From Antedon mediterranea (taxonomy: Eukaryota > Animalia > Echinodermata), in the NCBI RefSeq assembly GCF_964355755.1, contig NC_092679.1, forward strand, positions 20,691,432 to 20,755,431: DNA of 64,000 nucleotides, written 5' to 3'. Under the pieces are notes generated by a model. The model was not told where the DNA came from. It saw nothing but the letters and a program-made list of their open reading frames with translations, and made no database searches. Below are positions 1 to 12,416 of the stretch, one piece after another (positions within the stretch are counted from its first letter, which is position 1; each line of letters opens with the position of its first letter). The translations under genes and the position numbers were made by a program.

Positions 1-3000
1 ATTTACATAGCAATTTAGCACTGTGTTTTACTATAACCAATTTGGTTATAGTAAAACACAATGATAAAGAATAGGAAACATTTAATAATATGATATATGA
101 CATTCACATAGCAATTTAGCACTGTGTTTTACTATAACCAATTTGGTTAGAGTAAAACACAATGATATAGAATAGGAAACATTTAATAATTTGATAAATG
201 ACATTTACATAGCAATTTAGCACTGTGTTTTACTATAACCAATTTGGTTAAAGTAAAACACAATGATAAAGAATAGGAAACACTTAATAATATGATAAAT
301 GACATTTACATAGCAATTTAGCACTGTGTTTTACTATAACCAATTTGGTTAAAGTAAAGCAGAATGATAAAGAATAGGAATTTAATAATATGATATATGA
401 CATTTACATAGCAATTTAGCACTGTGTTTTACTATAACCAATTTGGTTAGAGTAAAACACAATGATAAAGAATAGGAAATATTTAATAATAATGATTATT
501 TACATAGCAATTTAGCACTGTGTTTTACTATAACCAATTTGGTTAAAGTAAAGCAGAATGATAAAGAATAGGAATTTAATAATATGATATATGACATTTA
601 CATAGCAATTTAGCACTGTGTTTTACTATAACCAATTTGGTTAGAGTAAAACACAATGATAAAGAATAGGAAATATTTAATAATAATGATTATTTACATA
701 GCAATTTAGCACTGTGTTTTACTATAACCAATTTGGTTATAGTAAAACACAATGATATAGAATAGGAAACATTTAATAATATGATAAATGACATTTACAT
801 AGCAATTTATCACTGTGTTTTACTATAACCAATTTGGTTAGAGTAAAACACAATGATAAAGAATAGGAAACATTTAATAATAATGATTATTTACATAGCA
901 ATTTAGCACTGTGTTTTACTATAACCAATTTGGTTATAGTAAAACACAATGATAAAGAATAGGAAACATTTAATAATATGATATATGACATTCACATAGC
1001 AATTTAGCACTGTGTTTTACTATAACCAATTTGGTTAGAGTAAAACACAATGATATAGAATAGGAAACATTTAATAATTTGATAAATGACATTTACATAG
1101 CAATTTAGCACTGTGTTTTACTATAACCAATTTGGTTAAAGTAAAACACAATGATAAAGAATAGGAAACACTTAATAATATGATAAATGACATTTACATA
1201 GCAATTTAGCACTGTGTTTTACTATAACCAATTTGGTTAAAGTAAAGCAGAATGATAAAGAATAGGAATTTAATAATATGATATATGACATTTACATAGC
1301 AATTTATCACTGTGTTTTACTATAACCAATTTGGTTAGAGTAAAACACAATGATAAAGAATAGGAAACATTTAATAATAATGATTATTTACATAGCAATT
1401 TAGCACTGTGTTTTACTATAACCAATTTGGTTATAGTAAAACACAATGATAAAGAATAGGAAACATTTAATAATATGATATATGACATTCACATAGCAAT
1501 TTAGCACTGTGTTTTACTATAACCAATTTGGTTAGAGTAAAACACAATGATATAGAATAGGAAACATTTAATAATTTGATAAATGACATTTACATAGCAA
1601 TTTAGCACTGTGTTTTACTATAACCAATTTGGTTAAAGTAAAACACAATGATAAAGAATAGGAAACACTTAATAATATGATAAATGACATTTACATAGCA
1701 ATTTAGCACTGTGTTTTACTATAACCAATTTGGTTAAAGTAAAGCAGAATGATAAAGAATAGGAATTTAATAATATGATATATGACATTTACATAGCAAT
1801 TTAGCACTGTGTTTTACTATAACCAATTTGGTTAGAGTAAAACACAATGATAAAGAATAGGAAATATTTAATAATAATGATTATTTACATAGCAATTTAG
1901 CACTGTGTTTTACTATAACCAATTTGGTTAAAGTAAAGCAGAATGATAAAGAATAGGAATTTAATAATATGATATATGACATTTACATAGCAATTTAGCA
2001 CTGTGTTTTACTATAACCAATTTGGTTAGAGTAAAACACAATGATAAAGAATAGGAAATATTTAATAATAATGATTATTTACATAGCAATTTAGCACTGT
2101 GTTTTACTATAACCAATTTGGTTATAGTAAAACACAATGATATAGAATAGGAAACATTTAATAATATGATAAATGACATTTACATAGCAATTTATCACTG
2201 TGTTTTACTATAACCAATTTGGTTAGAGTAAAACACAATGATAAAGAATAGGAAACATTTAATAATAATGATTATTTACATAGCAATTTAGCACTGTGTT
2301 TTACTATAACCAATTTGGTTATAGTAAAACACAATGATAAAGAATAGGAAACATTTAATAATATGATATATGACATTCACATAGCAATTTAGCACTGTGT
2401 TTTACTATAACCAATTTGGTTAGAGTAAAACACAATGATATAGAATAGGAAACATTTAATAATTTGATAAATGACATTTACATAGCAATTTAGCACTGTG
2501 TTTTACTATAACCAATTTGGTTAAAGTAAAACACAATGATAAAGAATAGGAAACACTTAATAATATGATAAATGACATTTACATAGCAATTTAGCACTGT
2601 GTTTTACTATAACCAATTTGGTTAAAGTAAAGCAGAATGATAAAGAATAGGAATTTAATAATATGATATATGACATTTACATAGCAATTTAGCACTGTGT
2701 TTTACTATAACCAATTTGGTTAGAGTAAAACACAATGATAAAGAATAGGAAATATTTAATAATAATGATTATTTACATAGCAATTTAGCACTGTGTTTTA
2801 CTATAACCAATTTGGTTATAGTAAAACACAATGATATAGAATAGGAAACATTTAATAATATGATAAATGACATTTACATAGCAATTTATCACTGTGTTTT
2901 ACTATAACCAATTTGGTTATGGTAAAGCACAATGATATAGAATAGGAAACATTTAATAATATGATAAATGACATTTACATAGCAATTTAGCACTGTGTTT

Positions 3001-4200
3001 TACTATAACCAATTTGGTTAAAGTAAAACATAATGATAAAGAATAGGAAACATTTAATAATATGATAAATGACATTTACATAGCAATTTATCACTGTGTT
3101 TTACTATAACCAATTTGGTTATGGTAAAGCACAATGATATAGAATAGGAAACATTTAATAATAATGATTATTTACATAGCAATTTAGCACCATGTTTTAC
3201 TATAACCAATTTGGTTATGGTAAAGCACAATGATATAGAATAGGAATTTAATAATATGATATATGAAATTTACATAGCAATTTAGCACTGTGTTTTACTA
3301 TAACCAATTTGGTTAAAGTAAAACATAATGATAAAGAATAGGAAACATTTAATAATAATGATAAATGTCATTTACATAGCAATTTATCACTGTGTTTTAC
3401 TATAACCAATTTGGTTATGGTAAAGCACAATGATATAGAATAGGAAACATTTAATAATAATGATTATTTACATAGCAATTTAGCACCATGTTTTACTATA
3501 ACCAATTTGGTTATGGTAAAGCACAATGATATAGAATAGGAAACATTTAATAATATGATAAATGTCATTACATAGCAATTTAGCACTGTGTTTTACTATA
3601 ACCAATTTGGTTAGAGTAAAACACAATGACAAAGAATAGGAAACATTTAATAATAATGATTATTTACATAGCTAGCAATTTAGCACAATGTTTTACTATA
3701 ACCAATTTGGTTATGGTAAAGCACAATGATATAGAATAGGAAACATTTAATAATATGATAAATGTCATTACATAGCAATTTAGCACTGTGTTTTACTATA
3801 ACCAATTTGGTTAGAGTAAAACACAATGATAAAGAATAGGAAACATTTAATAACATGATAAATGACATTCACATAGAAATTTAGCACTGTGTTTTACTAT
3901 AACCAATTTAATTAGAGTAAAGCACAATGATAAAGAATATGAAACATTTAATAATATGATAAATGACATTTACATAGTAATTTATCACTGTGTTTTACTA
4001 TAACCAATTTGGTTAGAGTAAAACATTTTAACTATGATAAATGATATTTAGCACTGTGCTGGATACAGTAAAACACAAATTAAGAATAGGAAACATATAA
4101 TAATATGATACATTTACATACAAATTTAGTATTGTGTTTTACTATAGCCAATTTGGTTACAGTAAAACACAATGATAATGAAACATTTATTATATGATAT
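1..4200 (+). repeat. Tandem satellite, ~96-101 bp monomer containing a 39-bp palindrome (left array; continues beyond window start)
   Basis: The monomer atttacatagcaatttagcactgtgttttactataaccaatttggttatagtaaaacacaatgataaagaataggaaacatttaataatatgatatatgac recurs about 40 times (copy 1 at 1, copy 2 at 102) and degenerates after ~3900. Confidence 0.98.
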
Positions 4201-4260
4201 TATTTACATAGCAAAATATTATATTAAACATATCTTATTATCTAAACGTTATGAAAAGAA

Positions 4261-4883
4261 TAGGATACATATAATGTAATAATATAATAAATACAAGTTA
4301 CATAGTTTATCATCTTGTTTTACAGAACCAATTTGGTGACACAGTTAAACACAGTGATAAAGAATAGATACTGTTTTAGGTTATATAACCCTAACCCTAG
4401 TTTGAAGCGACATAATAAATTCATCGCGAAAAAGTACGTATCGTATTTAGAAACTTTTGAAATTTGTTAGATATGTTTAATAGGTTCTTACGTCTATAAA
4501 ATAAACAAAAAATATAAATTTCACAAAAAATTCGTGATTTTAATAATTTGCATTTCTAAAAATGTACACTTATGAAATACCATACATTTTCCAACACATT
4601 TTTACTTCATTGATGATTCCCAGAAATCAAAATAAAACAAATTATGATATTTCTTTTACATTATAGATGTAAGAACCTATATTGAACATGTACCAAATTT
4701 CAAACGTTTTTTAAGACGATACGTATTTTTATCGATGAATTAAGTATGTGATCGCTTCAAACTAGGGTTAGGGTTAAATAACCTAACAGTTCATTCTTTA
4801 ACACTGTGTTTAACTTTTAACCAAATTGGTTTTAGTACAACACAATGATAAACTATGTACATTTTATTTTTCATATTACATTA
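4261..4883. repeat. 623-bp self-inverted (hairpin/MITE-like) unit, copy 1
   Basis: Left arm ...aaccctaaccctagtttgaagcga...aattcatcgcgaaaaagtacgtatcgt...aataggttcttacgtctataa is the reverse complement of right arm ttatagatgtaagaacctatatt...acgatacgtatttttatcgatgaatt...tcgcttcaaactagggttagggtt. The unit start taggatacatataatgt recurs at 4884. Confidence 0.9.
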
Positions 4884-5520
4884 TAGGATACATATAATGT
4901 AATAATAATAAATACAAGTTACATAGTTTATCATCTTGTTTTACAGAACCAATTTGTGGTTACACAGTTAAACACAATTATAAAGAATAGACACTGTTTT
5001 AGGTTATATAACTCTAACCCTAGTTTGAAGCGATCACATACTTAATTCATCGCGAAAAAATACGTATCGTATTCAGAAACATTTGAAATTTGGTAAATAT
5101 GTTCAATAGGTTCTTACGTCTATAAAACAAACAAAAAATAAAAGTTTCAAGACAAATTCGTGATTTTAATAATTTGCATTTCTAAACATTTACACTTATG
5201 AAAGACAATACATTTCCAACACATTTTTACTTCATTGATGATTCTCAGAAATCAAAATAAAACTATTAGGATATTTCTTTTGCATTATAGATGTAAGAAC
5301 CTATATTGAACATATCTACCAAATATCAAACGTTTTTCAAGACGATACGTATTTTTAGCGATGAATATTAAATATGTGATCGCTTCAAACTAGGGTTAGG
5401 GTTAAATAAACTAAAACAGTTCTATTTTTTATCACTCACTGTGTTTAACTTTTAACCAAAATGGTTATAGTAAAACACAATGATAAACTTATATGTCAAT
5501 TTTATTTTTCATAAGATAAA
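4884..5520. repeat. 623-bp self-inverted unit, copy 2 (tandem with copy 1)
   Basis: Diverged direct repeat of 4261-4883 with the same inverted arms. Confidence 0.9.
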
Positions 5521-5599
5521 ATGTTTGATATTCTTTATAATATTTAATATTATATTTTAGGCCTACTATTAATGACGTATAAATGCACACTACATCTGA

Positions 5600-6110
5600 A
5601 ATAACTTTCTACTTCATTGGCGATTCTTACCAAAAAAAAGAACTAATTTTGTTATGTATATAGAGCAACCTATTATAACATGTCTTGTATGATTTTTATC
5701 TCGTTTCAATGACATTTTATACTACAATTCAAATGAAAAAGCATCACAAAAAAATACGTCTGGTATTCAAAAAGTTTCTAAACTCGGTACACAGAAAAAA
5801 GGAAATGTTGAAAATGTATGGTCTTTCATAAGTGTGAATTTTTTGAAATGCAAATAATGGAAATCATCGATTTGTCTTGAAATTTATAATTTGTTTTGTC
5901 TTATTGAACGTATCTATACAAAATGTCAAACGTTTCTGAATACGATACGTTTTTTTTCTCGATGAATTTATAATGTCGCTTCAAACTAGAGGGTAGGGTA
6001 GTAACCTAACAAGTATCTATTCTTTATCACTATGTTTAACTGTGTAACCATATTGGTTCTAATAAAAAACAGTGATAAACTATGTAAATTGTATGTTTCA
6101 TATATTACAT
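5600..6110 (-). repeat. Degenerate, rearranged third copy of the hairpin unit
   Basis: 5800-6110 is the reverse complement of the left arm plus loop (tacgatacg...tcgatgaatttataatgtcgcttcaaactag...gtaacctaac...tctattctttatcac). Confidence 0.7.
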
Positions 6111-6427
6111 TTTTGCCAAAAAAAATTATTGGGAATGTCAAATTTCTTTTTCATGACATATATCTACAAATTTCAGAAGCTTTTGAGTACGAGTATTTTA
6201 CGCGATGTTTTTTTATCCTCATTTTAATATTTTGGTAATGTAATTCACATAAAGTTTTGTATCCAAAAATTGTTTATTCTTGGGTAGAAATGAGGAAATA
6301 AATAGTATTCCTGTATAATATAATAATCAATAATAAAGTATAAAAAAAAGTGTTGTGTAAACGAACGTTTTTTACGCTTCGAATTTTCTGTTACATTATG
6401 TTTGAATTGAAGCTACAGATATTGAAT

Positions 6428-6462
6428 CATGGACCTATAAATTAGTAATTTATAGGTCCATG
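6428..6462. mobile_element. Putative P-superfamily excision footprint (17+1+17 nt palindrome, 7-bp TSD)
   Basis: attgaat[catggacctataaatta-g-taatttataggtccatg]attgaac. Confidence 0.65.
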
Positions 6463-6729
6463 ATTGAACATATCGTCACTCACCACACATTTTTTGTTTG
6501 TATTTCGAAAGTATTTATTCTAAAGAACAATTGATGCAAACATCAACTGCGTATCTTATTTCATTAATTAATTATATTAATTATAATTTGGCGATTATTC
6601 GTCACACGAAGAGTCGAATATCGATTCGTCTCGTCATGGGAAGAAAACGTGCATTGCGCACACTGTTTACGCGCCTCAACAATAAACGGCGAATATGCGA
6701 TTCGTCACTTATGGAACGCCGTTTTACAC

Positions 6730-7633
6730 AAGTTTTTGGCGATGATAAAAATTGCGTCGATGATGAAATTGCGTCGATGAAAATTGCATCGACGCAATGT
6801 AGATTGCGTCGATGCAATGTAGATTGCGTCGACGCAATTTACATTGCGTCGATGAAAATTGCATCGATGAAAATTGCGTCGATGAAAATTGCGTCGATGA
6901 AAACTGCATCGATGAAAATTGCGTCGATGAAAACTGCATCGATGAAAATTGATGTGATGAATTTAATTGATTATGAAAATTCCAAATGGTTTTAATTCAA
7001 TCAATGATGAAAATGACTACTAGTAAAGTAAATGATGATGTTAATAATGATGTTAATAATGTTATTATGTTGCTAAAAATTGACGGTTTCTGAATATTTT
7101 GATATGATAAACATGTTTACCGCTTGCGCTAGCGCGCGTTATAGACAAGCGCACAGTGATCGCGCACTAAAACAATGTTGAAATATATGCACTGATTAAC
7201 ATTTTAGTGATTTATTGTCAACACATTTTAGCAATGGATCCATTATTGTCCTTTCGGACACATTATATCTTCTAGCTAATTGCTTCCGTTAATCCACCAG
7301 TTCAGTACATAAAATCCAGATGTCCAGCATCCATGACATCATATTCAAATCATACCGGCAGGGAGATCGCAATTTTCATCGATGAAAACTGCATCGATGA
7401 AAATTATTTTTTTTTTCATCGATGCAGTTTTCATCGATGCAGTTTTCATCGACGCAATTTTCATCGACGCAATTTTCATCACATTAACGCAATTTTCATT
7501 ACATCGACGCAATTTTCATCGACGCAATGTTCATCACATCATTACATCAATACTATATTCATCGACGCAATTTTCATCACATCGACGCAATTTTCATTGC
7601 ATCATCGACGCGATTTTATCATCGCCTAAACTG
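6730..7633. mobile_element. Foldback-type non-autonomous element with arms of 15-bp tandem repeats
   Basis: Left arm agtttttggcgatgataaaaattgcgtcgatgatg + (tcgatgaaaattgcg)n to ~6960. Right arm (cgcaattttcatcga)n from ~7368 ending catcatcgacgcgattttatcatcgcctaaactg. About 400 bp of unique loop lies between. Confidence 0.8.
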
Positions 7634-7989
7634 GCATTCCATACTAATTGCGTGTGATCTGATTGGTGTATTATAAATAAATTCATCGCGATGAATTTTT
7701 CAGTAGATGTAATGAGACAGTTCAGTAGATGTAATGACAGTTAATTTAATTGTTCTGCTCTTTTTGTACAAATCTATACTACTTTATATTATGGATTTTG
7801 TAGTACTGTTAAAATTATTAAATCTCTGGAAGTGTGTTTTACGAGTATGTCCGCAAATTTATGCGTTTACGGTTTTAAAATGTGAGTTTTAAATAGCGAA
7901 CATGATCTTGTTAGGTGCACTACGCACGCAGTATTCCAAAATGTCTTACTAATTGGGAGAAAATCATATTGTATCATATCATATTATAT

Positions 7990-9408
7990 CCATTCTTTAA
8001 ATTCATATTCTTTATCCAAAACTAAATTGGTATAGTAAAACACAGTGCTAGCAATTTATCATATTATTAAATGTTTCATATTCTTTATCATTGTGTTTTA
8101 CTCTAATCAAATTGGTATAGTAAAACACAGTGCTGCTAAATTGCTATGTGAATGTCATTTATCATATTTTTAAATGTTTCCTATTCTTTATCATTGTGCT
8201 TTACCATAACCAAATTGGTTATAGTAAAACACAGTGCTAAATTGCTATGTAAATGTTATTATCATATTATTAAATTCCTATTCTTTATCATTGTGTTTTA
8301 CTCTAACCAAATTGGTTATAGTAAAACACAGTGATAAATTGCTATGTAAATGTAATTTATCATATTATTAAATGTTTCCTATTCTTTATCATTGTGTTTT
8401 ACTCTAACCAAATTGGTTATAGTAAAACACAGTGATAAATTGCTATTTAAATGTAATTTATCATGTTATTAAATGTTTCCTATTCTTTATCGTTGAGTTT
8501 TACTCTAATCAAATTGGTTATAGTAAAACACAGTGCTAAATTGCTATGTAAATGTTATATATCATATTATTAAATGTTTCCTATTCTTTATCATTGTGTT
8601 TTACTCTAATCTGATTGGTTATAGTAAAACACAGTGCTAAATTGCTATGTGAATGTCATTTATCATGTTATTAAATGTTTCCTATTCTTTATCATTGTGC
8701 TTTACTCTAACCAAATTGGTTATAGTAAAACACAGTGCTAAATTGCTATGTAAATGTCATTTATCATGTTATTAAATGTTTCTTATTATTTATCATTGTG
8801 TTTTACTCTAACCAAATTGGTTATAGTAAAACACAGTGATAAATTGCTATGTAAATGTAATTTATCATGTTATTAAATGTTTCCTATTCTTTATCGTTGT
8901 GTTTTACTCTAATCAAATTGGTTATAGTAAAACACAGTGCTAAATTGCTATGTAAATGTTATATATCATATTATTAAATGTTTCCTATTCTTTATCATTG
9001 TGTTTTACTCTAATCTGATTGGTTATAGTAAAACACAGTGCTAAATTGCTATGTGAATGTCATTTATCATGTTATTAAATGTTTCCTATTCTTTATCATT
9101 GTGCTTTACTCTAACCAAATTGGTTATAGTAAAACACAGTGCTAAATTGCTAAATGTCATTTATCATGTTATTAAATGTTTCTTATTCTTTATCATTGTG
9201 TTTTACTCTAACCAAATTGGTTATAGTAAAACACAGTGCTAAATTGCTATGTAAATGTAATTTATCATATTATTAAATGTTTCCTATTCTTTATCATTGT
9301 GTTTTACTCTAACCAAATTGGTTATAATTTATTTAATTTCATTTCAAAAGACATTTACCTAAATTGCTATTTAATTATAGTAAAACACTGTGCTAAATTG
9401 CTATTGTA
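7990..9408 (-). repeat. Same ~100-bp satellite in inverted orientation (right array, ~14 monomers)
   Basis: gtgctaaattgctatgtaaatgtcatttatcatattattaaatgtttcctattctttatcattgtgttttactctaaccaaattggttatagtaaaacaca is the reverse complement of the left-array monomer. Confidence 0.97.
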
Positions 9409-9444
9409 TTAAGGACGAGTTCCGAGAAGATGTATTCAAAGCTA

Positions 9445-9500
9445 CAACCAATCAGAACAGTGTTAATCAATATAGTCCATGGCTACAGCCAATCAGAAAC
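9445..9500 (+). promoter_or_regulatory. Candidate CCAAT (NF-Y) boxes upstream of YPEL5
   Basis: aaccaatcag (~9447) and agccaatcag (~9487), 40 bp apart, just upstream of the putative 5'UTR exons. Motif match only. Confidence 0.35.
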
Positions 9501-10054
9501 GTCCAAATCGCAATAACCCCTAGGCTAATAGAAATTATTGGTCCGAGTAGCCTTTTCAACCAGACGTTGCGAGGTTTAAAAAGTAAAACATGATTTACTC
9601 GCCAGTTTGGTATAGTTTATATACCTGATAGAGGGTAGGAAATCGACATTCGCGCGTGAGATTTTCATTTGTAATTCTGAATTTTTAGACCTTTTGAGCC
9701 AATAGAGGTTGTTTCATTGTACGTCAACTACATTCCCATAAATCAAAGTCTTTGTGGTTTGTTAGATTACATTATATCACGCTTTATTTAATGTTTTAAC
9801 CTGTTGTCAAAAATTGTGTTCGGATTCAGAGGTACACTTTCCACGCAAGGTTTCGACATCCTGTTTTCTGTTTTCAGCTGATCCAACGAGACTCCAAAAG
9901 GGAGACTCTTCAGCCTGGGTAAATTTTTTACTGCTTTCTAAATTCATTATATTTCGTTTCCCTATTACAGTAATATGTTGATTATACAATCAAGATTTAA
10001 TTATTTGTTGTTTGTTTTTTCAGTGAAACAGATTAGAAAAGAGCAAGAAAGAAA

Positions 10055-10417
10055 ATGGGGAGGATTTTTCTTGACCATATTGGGGGATCCAGGTTGTTTT
10101 CCTGTGCAAATTGCGACACAATTTTAACAAACAGATCAGAATTAATATCTACTCGTTTCACGGGAGCAACAGGAAGAGCATTTCTTTTTAATAAAGTAGT
10201 GAATCTTGGCTTCAGCGAGGTACAAGATCGCGTCATGTTAACCGGACGTCACATGGTACGAGACGTATCATGTAAAAAATGTGAATCAAAGTTGGGATGG
10301 ATTTACGAATTTGCGACAGAAGAAAACCAGCGTTACAAAGAAGGACGAGTTATTCTCGAAAGGGCGTTAATAACGGAAAGTGAAGGCATGGAGGAACACT
10401 CAAATTCAGACAGTTAA
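10055..10417 (+). CDS. YPEL5: Protein yippee-like 5 (CTLH complex subunit), single coding exon
   Basis: The [54 protein letters not shown]...[40 protein letters not shown] is near-identical to animal YPEL5, with two CxxC motifs. 5'UTR acceptor at ~10023; AATAAA at 11611. Confidence 0.97.
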   Translation: MGRIFLDHIGGSRLFSCANCDTILTNRSELISTRFTGATGRAFLFNKVVNLGFSEVQDRVMLTGRHMVRDVSCKKCESKLGWIYEFATEENQRYKEGRVILERALITESEGMEEHSNSDS

Positions 10418-11097
10418 ATATTTCAGATATTAAATTTCCCAAAGACAATTTGCATTTCTTCAAACATATATGTCTTCTATTACCACAGCTCTGGTTTCCT
10501 GAAGAACATTGAATATTTAACTGTAAAAAATGGACAATTCTCAACTTTGTCTGTAAATTAAAATAACACATGAAAGTGGTCGAAAGGGGTAGCATTTGTG
10601 GTCAGACTTAAGCCCCATTGATACTTCCACAAATGTTGGTCCACAAAGTTTCACATTCAATGCATGTAGTGATTGTGCGTCGCAAAAATGACATGAATTG
10701 ATTGTAGAACAATCTGGATCAAAATGCATGCTAGTGTCAATGCGGAATTACACCAATTGTGGTATACAATATTTGAATTCTCTTATAGAATAACAGTAGA
10801 TGTAGTACATTACTTGCTTTTTGACATGGTAATTTGTTGTGTAAAGTGAAAGTTTAAATAATAGGAATTATTTTAATCTAAAAATTAATTTTATATTTTT
10901 CTTCTTAGGAGAGCTATTTTAATTTGTATTTAACTTGCAATTTAGTATTACTATTAGTTGGAATGTGATTTGTGAAAGGCTATAGAGATGGTTGAAGTTG
11001 GGAAACAAAATTTAGTTTTTGCCATAGCTTTTGTTTTAATTTTAAAATATACAGTTTAGAAGACATTTGAGTAATTATAAATTTGCCAAAGTTTGAC

Positions 11098-11146
11098 CAT
11101 GGACGTATAAATTAATTATTATTATTAATCAATTTATAGGTCCAAG
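11098..11146. mobile_element. Putative P-superfamily excision footprint in YPEL5 3' region
   Basis: gtttgac[catggacgtataaatta...aatttataggtccaag]gtttgac; same arm sequence as 6428-6462. Confidence 0.65.
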
Positions 11147-12416
11147 GTTTGACTGTCTCAAAAGAAATCTTTATCCGAGATTTTTCTTTACAATTATATT
11201 TGCTTTGATTTCTTGAAAATTACAATTTGTTCAAGCCAGTAGCTACATGGTGAGGATAGGGGTATCAAAGGTCAAACAAACATCTTTTTTCCCCGAGTGC
11301 CCTTTTCACCACCAGTGGACTGAAAGTGATGATAGTAAATATGCTTAGCTAATTACTCTAGTCTAGCTAATATTTGTGGATCCTGCTGTAAATATCCTTC
11401 CTAAGGGATTGTTATGTAATTTAATTATGCCTTAAATTAAAAGCAGTTATTTCTATCATGATGTAATGCACAAAAATGTATTTAATATTGAATAGAACTT
11501 TTGTCTAAAAGAAACTGACATGGAATGGTCTGTGATGTTTTTCTAAAGTAGGCATTTTAGTTTTCACGTAATGTACTAATTATAATTCATTGTACAATAC
11601 AATTTTCTTGAATAAATAGTTACATAGTCTGTGCAAAAATTGCCTTATTTGTTGTGTATATCGTTTTAAAAAATTCGTTTGTAAAAAGTCTAATTAGGGG
11701 TGGCATTATTATCTGTGTTACCTTGTTTTAAATGTATTTCGATTTTAAAGGCTAAAGAATGAATGAATGAAAATGCTAATTTTCAACCCGGAGCTCCCCT
11801 TTAAAAAAATACTCTGATTGTAATTACCAAATTACGACTGGACTGTAATCATAGAAGACTAATGATGATAGCCTGCCCTCTATATAATATTTATCTCGGT
11901 ACTTTTTTTCGCTAGGCCTAGCTAGCTGCAGTTGGTAAGCTAGAATTTCTCATATACTTCTGTTTTATATATTGACGATCACGACAAAACAAATGGTAAA
12001 TGTGGTTTACTGTTCAAGTATACGATAACGTTGATTGTTAATATTATATGATTATGTAATCACTTATATTTACAAATTTGTAGTATAGATAATTATGCGG
12101 ACGAAGGCCATCTCGGTCGTCAGCGGCGTTTGCCTCACTCTTTCGGGTGTCATCCAAGCTGCACGGCTTGTTTGTGCAGGCCTAGGAAAAATACCTTTCA
12201 ATCATCTTCATATCAAATGACGTTTTTAAAAGGTGGTTTTCATTAAGAATTATCATTACCCATAAACAATCTTACTTATTCTTTTTTTAAACATTTATTT
12301 ATTTTTTCTATTTTTTTTCAACAATATTTTACTAATAGTAAATAATACGAGCATGATCCATTCCGGGCATTAGGCCTATAAAAAGTTATTATTTTTCAGA
12401 ATTCTAAGTCAACATT

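Noticed and set aside
3680-3868. 62-aa ORF and its paralogous ORFs at 8152-8334 and 9057-9242
   Set aside because: Chance open frames through satellite monomers.
1-4200. CRISPR array (palindromic repeat plus spacer)
   Set aside because: The 'spacers' are near-identical variants of one sequence, there are no cas genes, and the context is eukaryotic; this is a satellite.
4385-6010. Telomere or interstitial telomeric array
   Set aside because: Only about two TTAGGG units per site, embedded in inverted arms; too short for a telomeric tract.
6498-7657. Repetitive ORFs (ASMKI)n, (QFSST)n, (RRNFH)n
   Set aside because: Translation of a stop-free 15-bp repeat, open in several frames on both strands; no coding evidence.
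12096-12220. GC-rich 41-codon ORF or ncRNA upstream of AP4B1
   Set aside because: No recognisable protein or RNA family; more simply promoter/5'UTR sequence.
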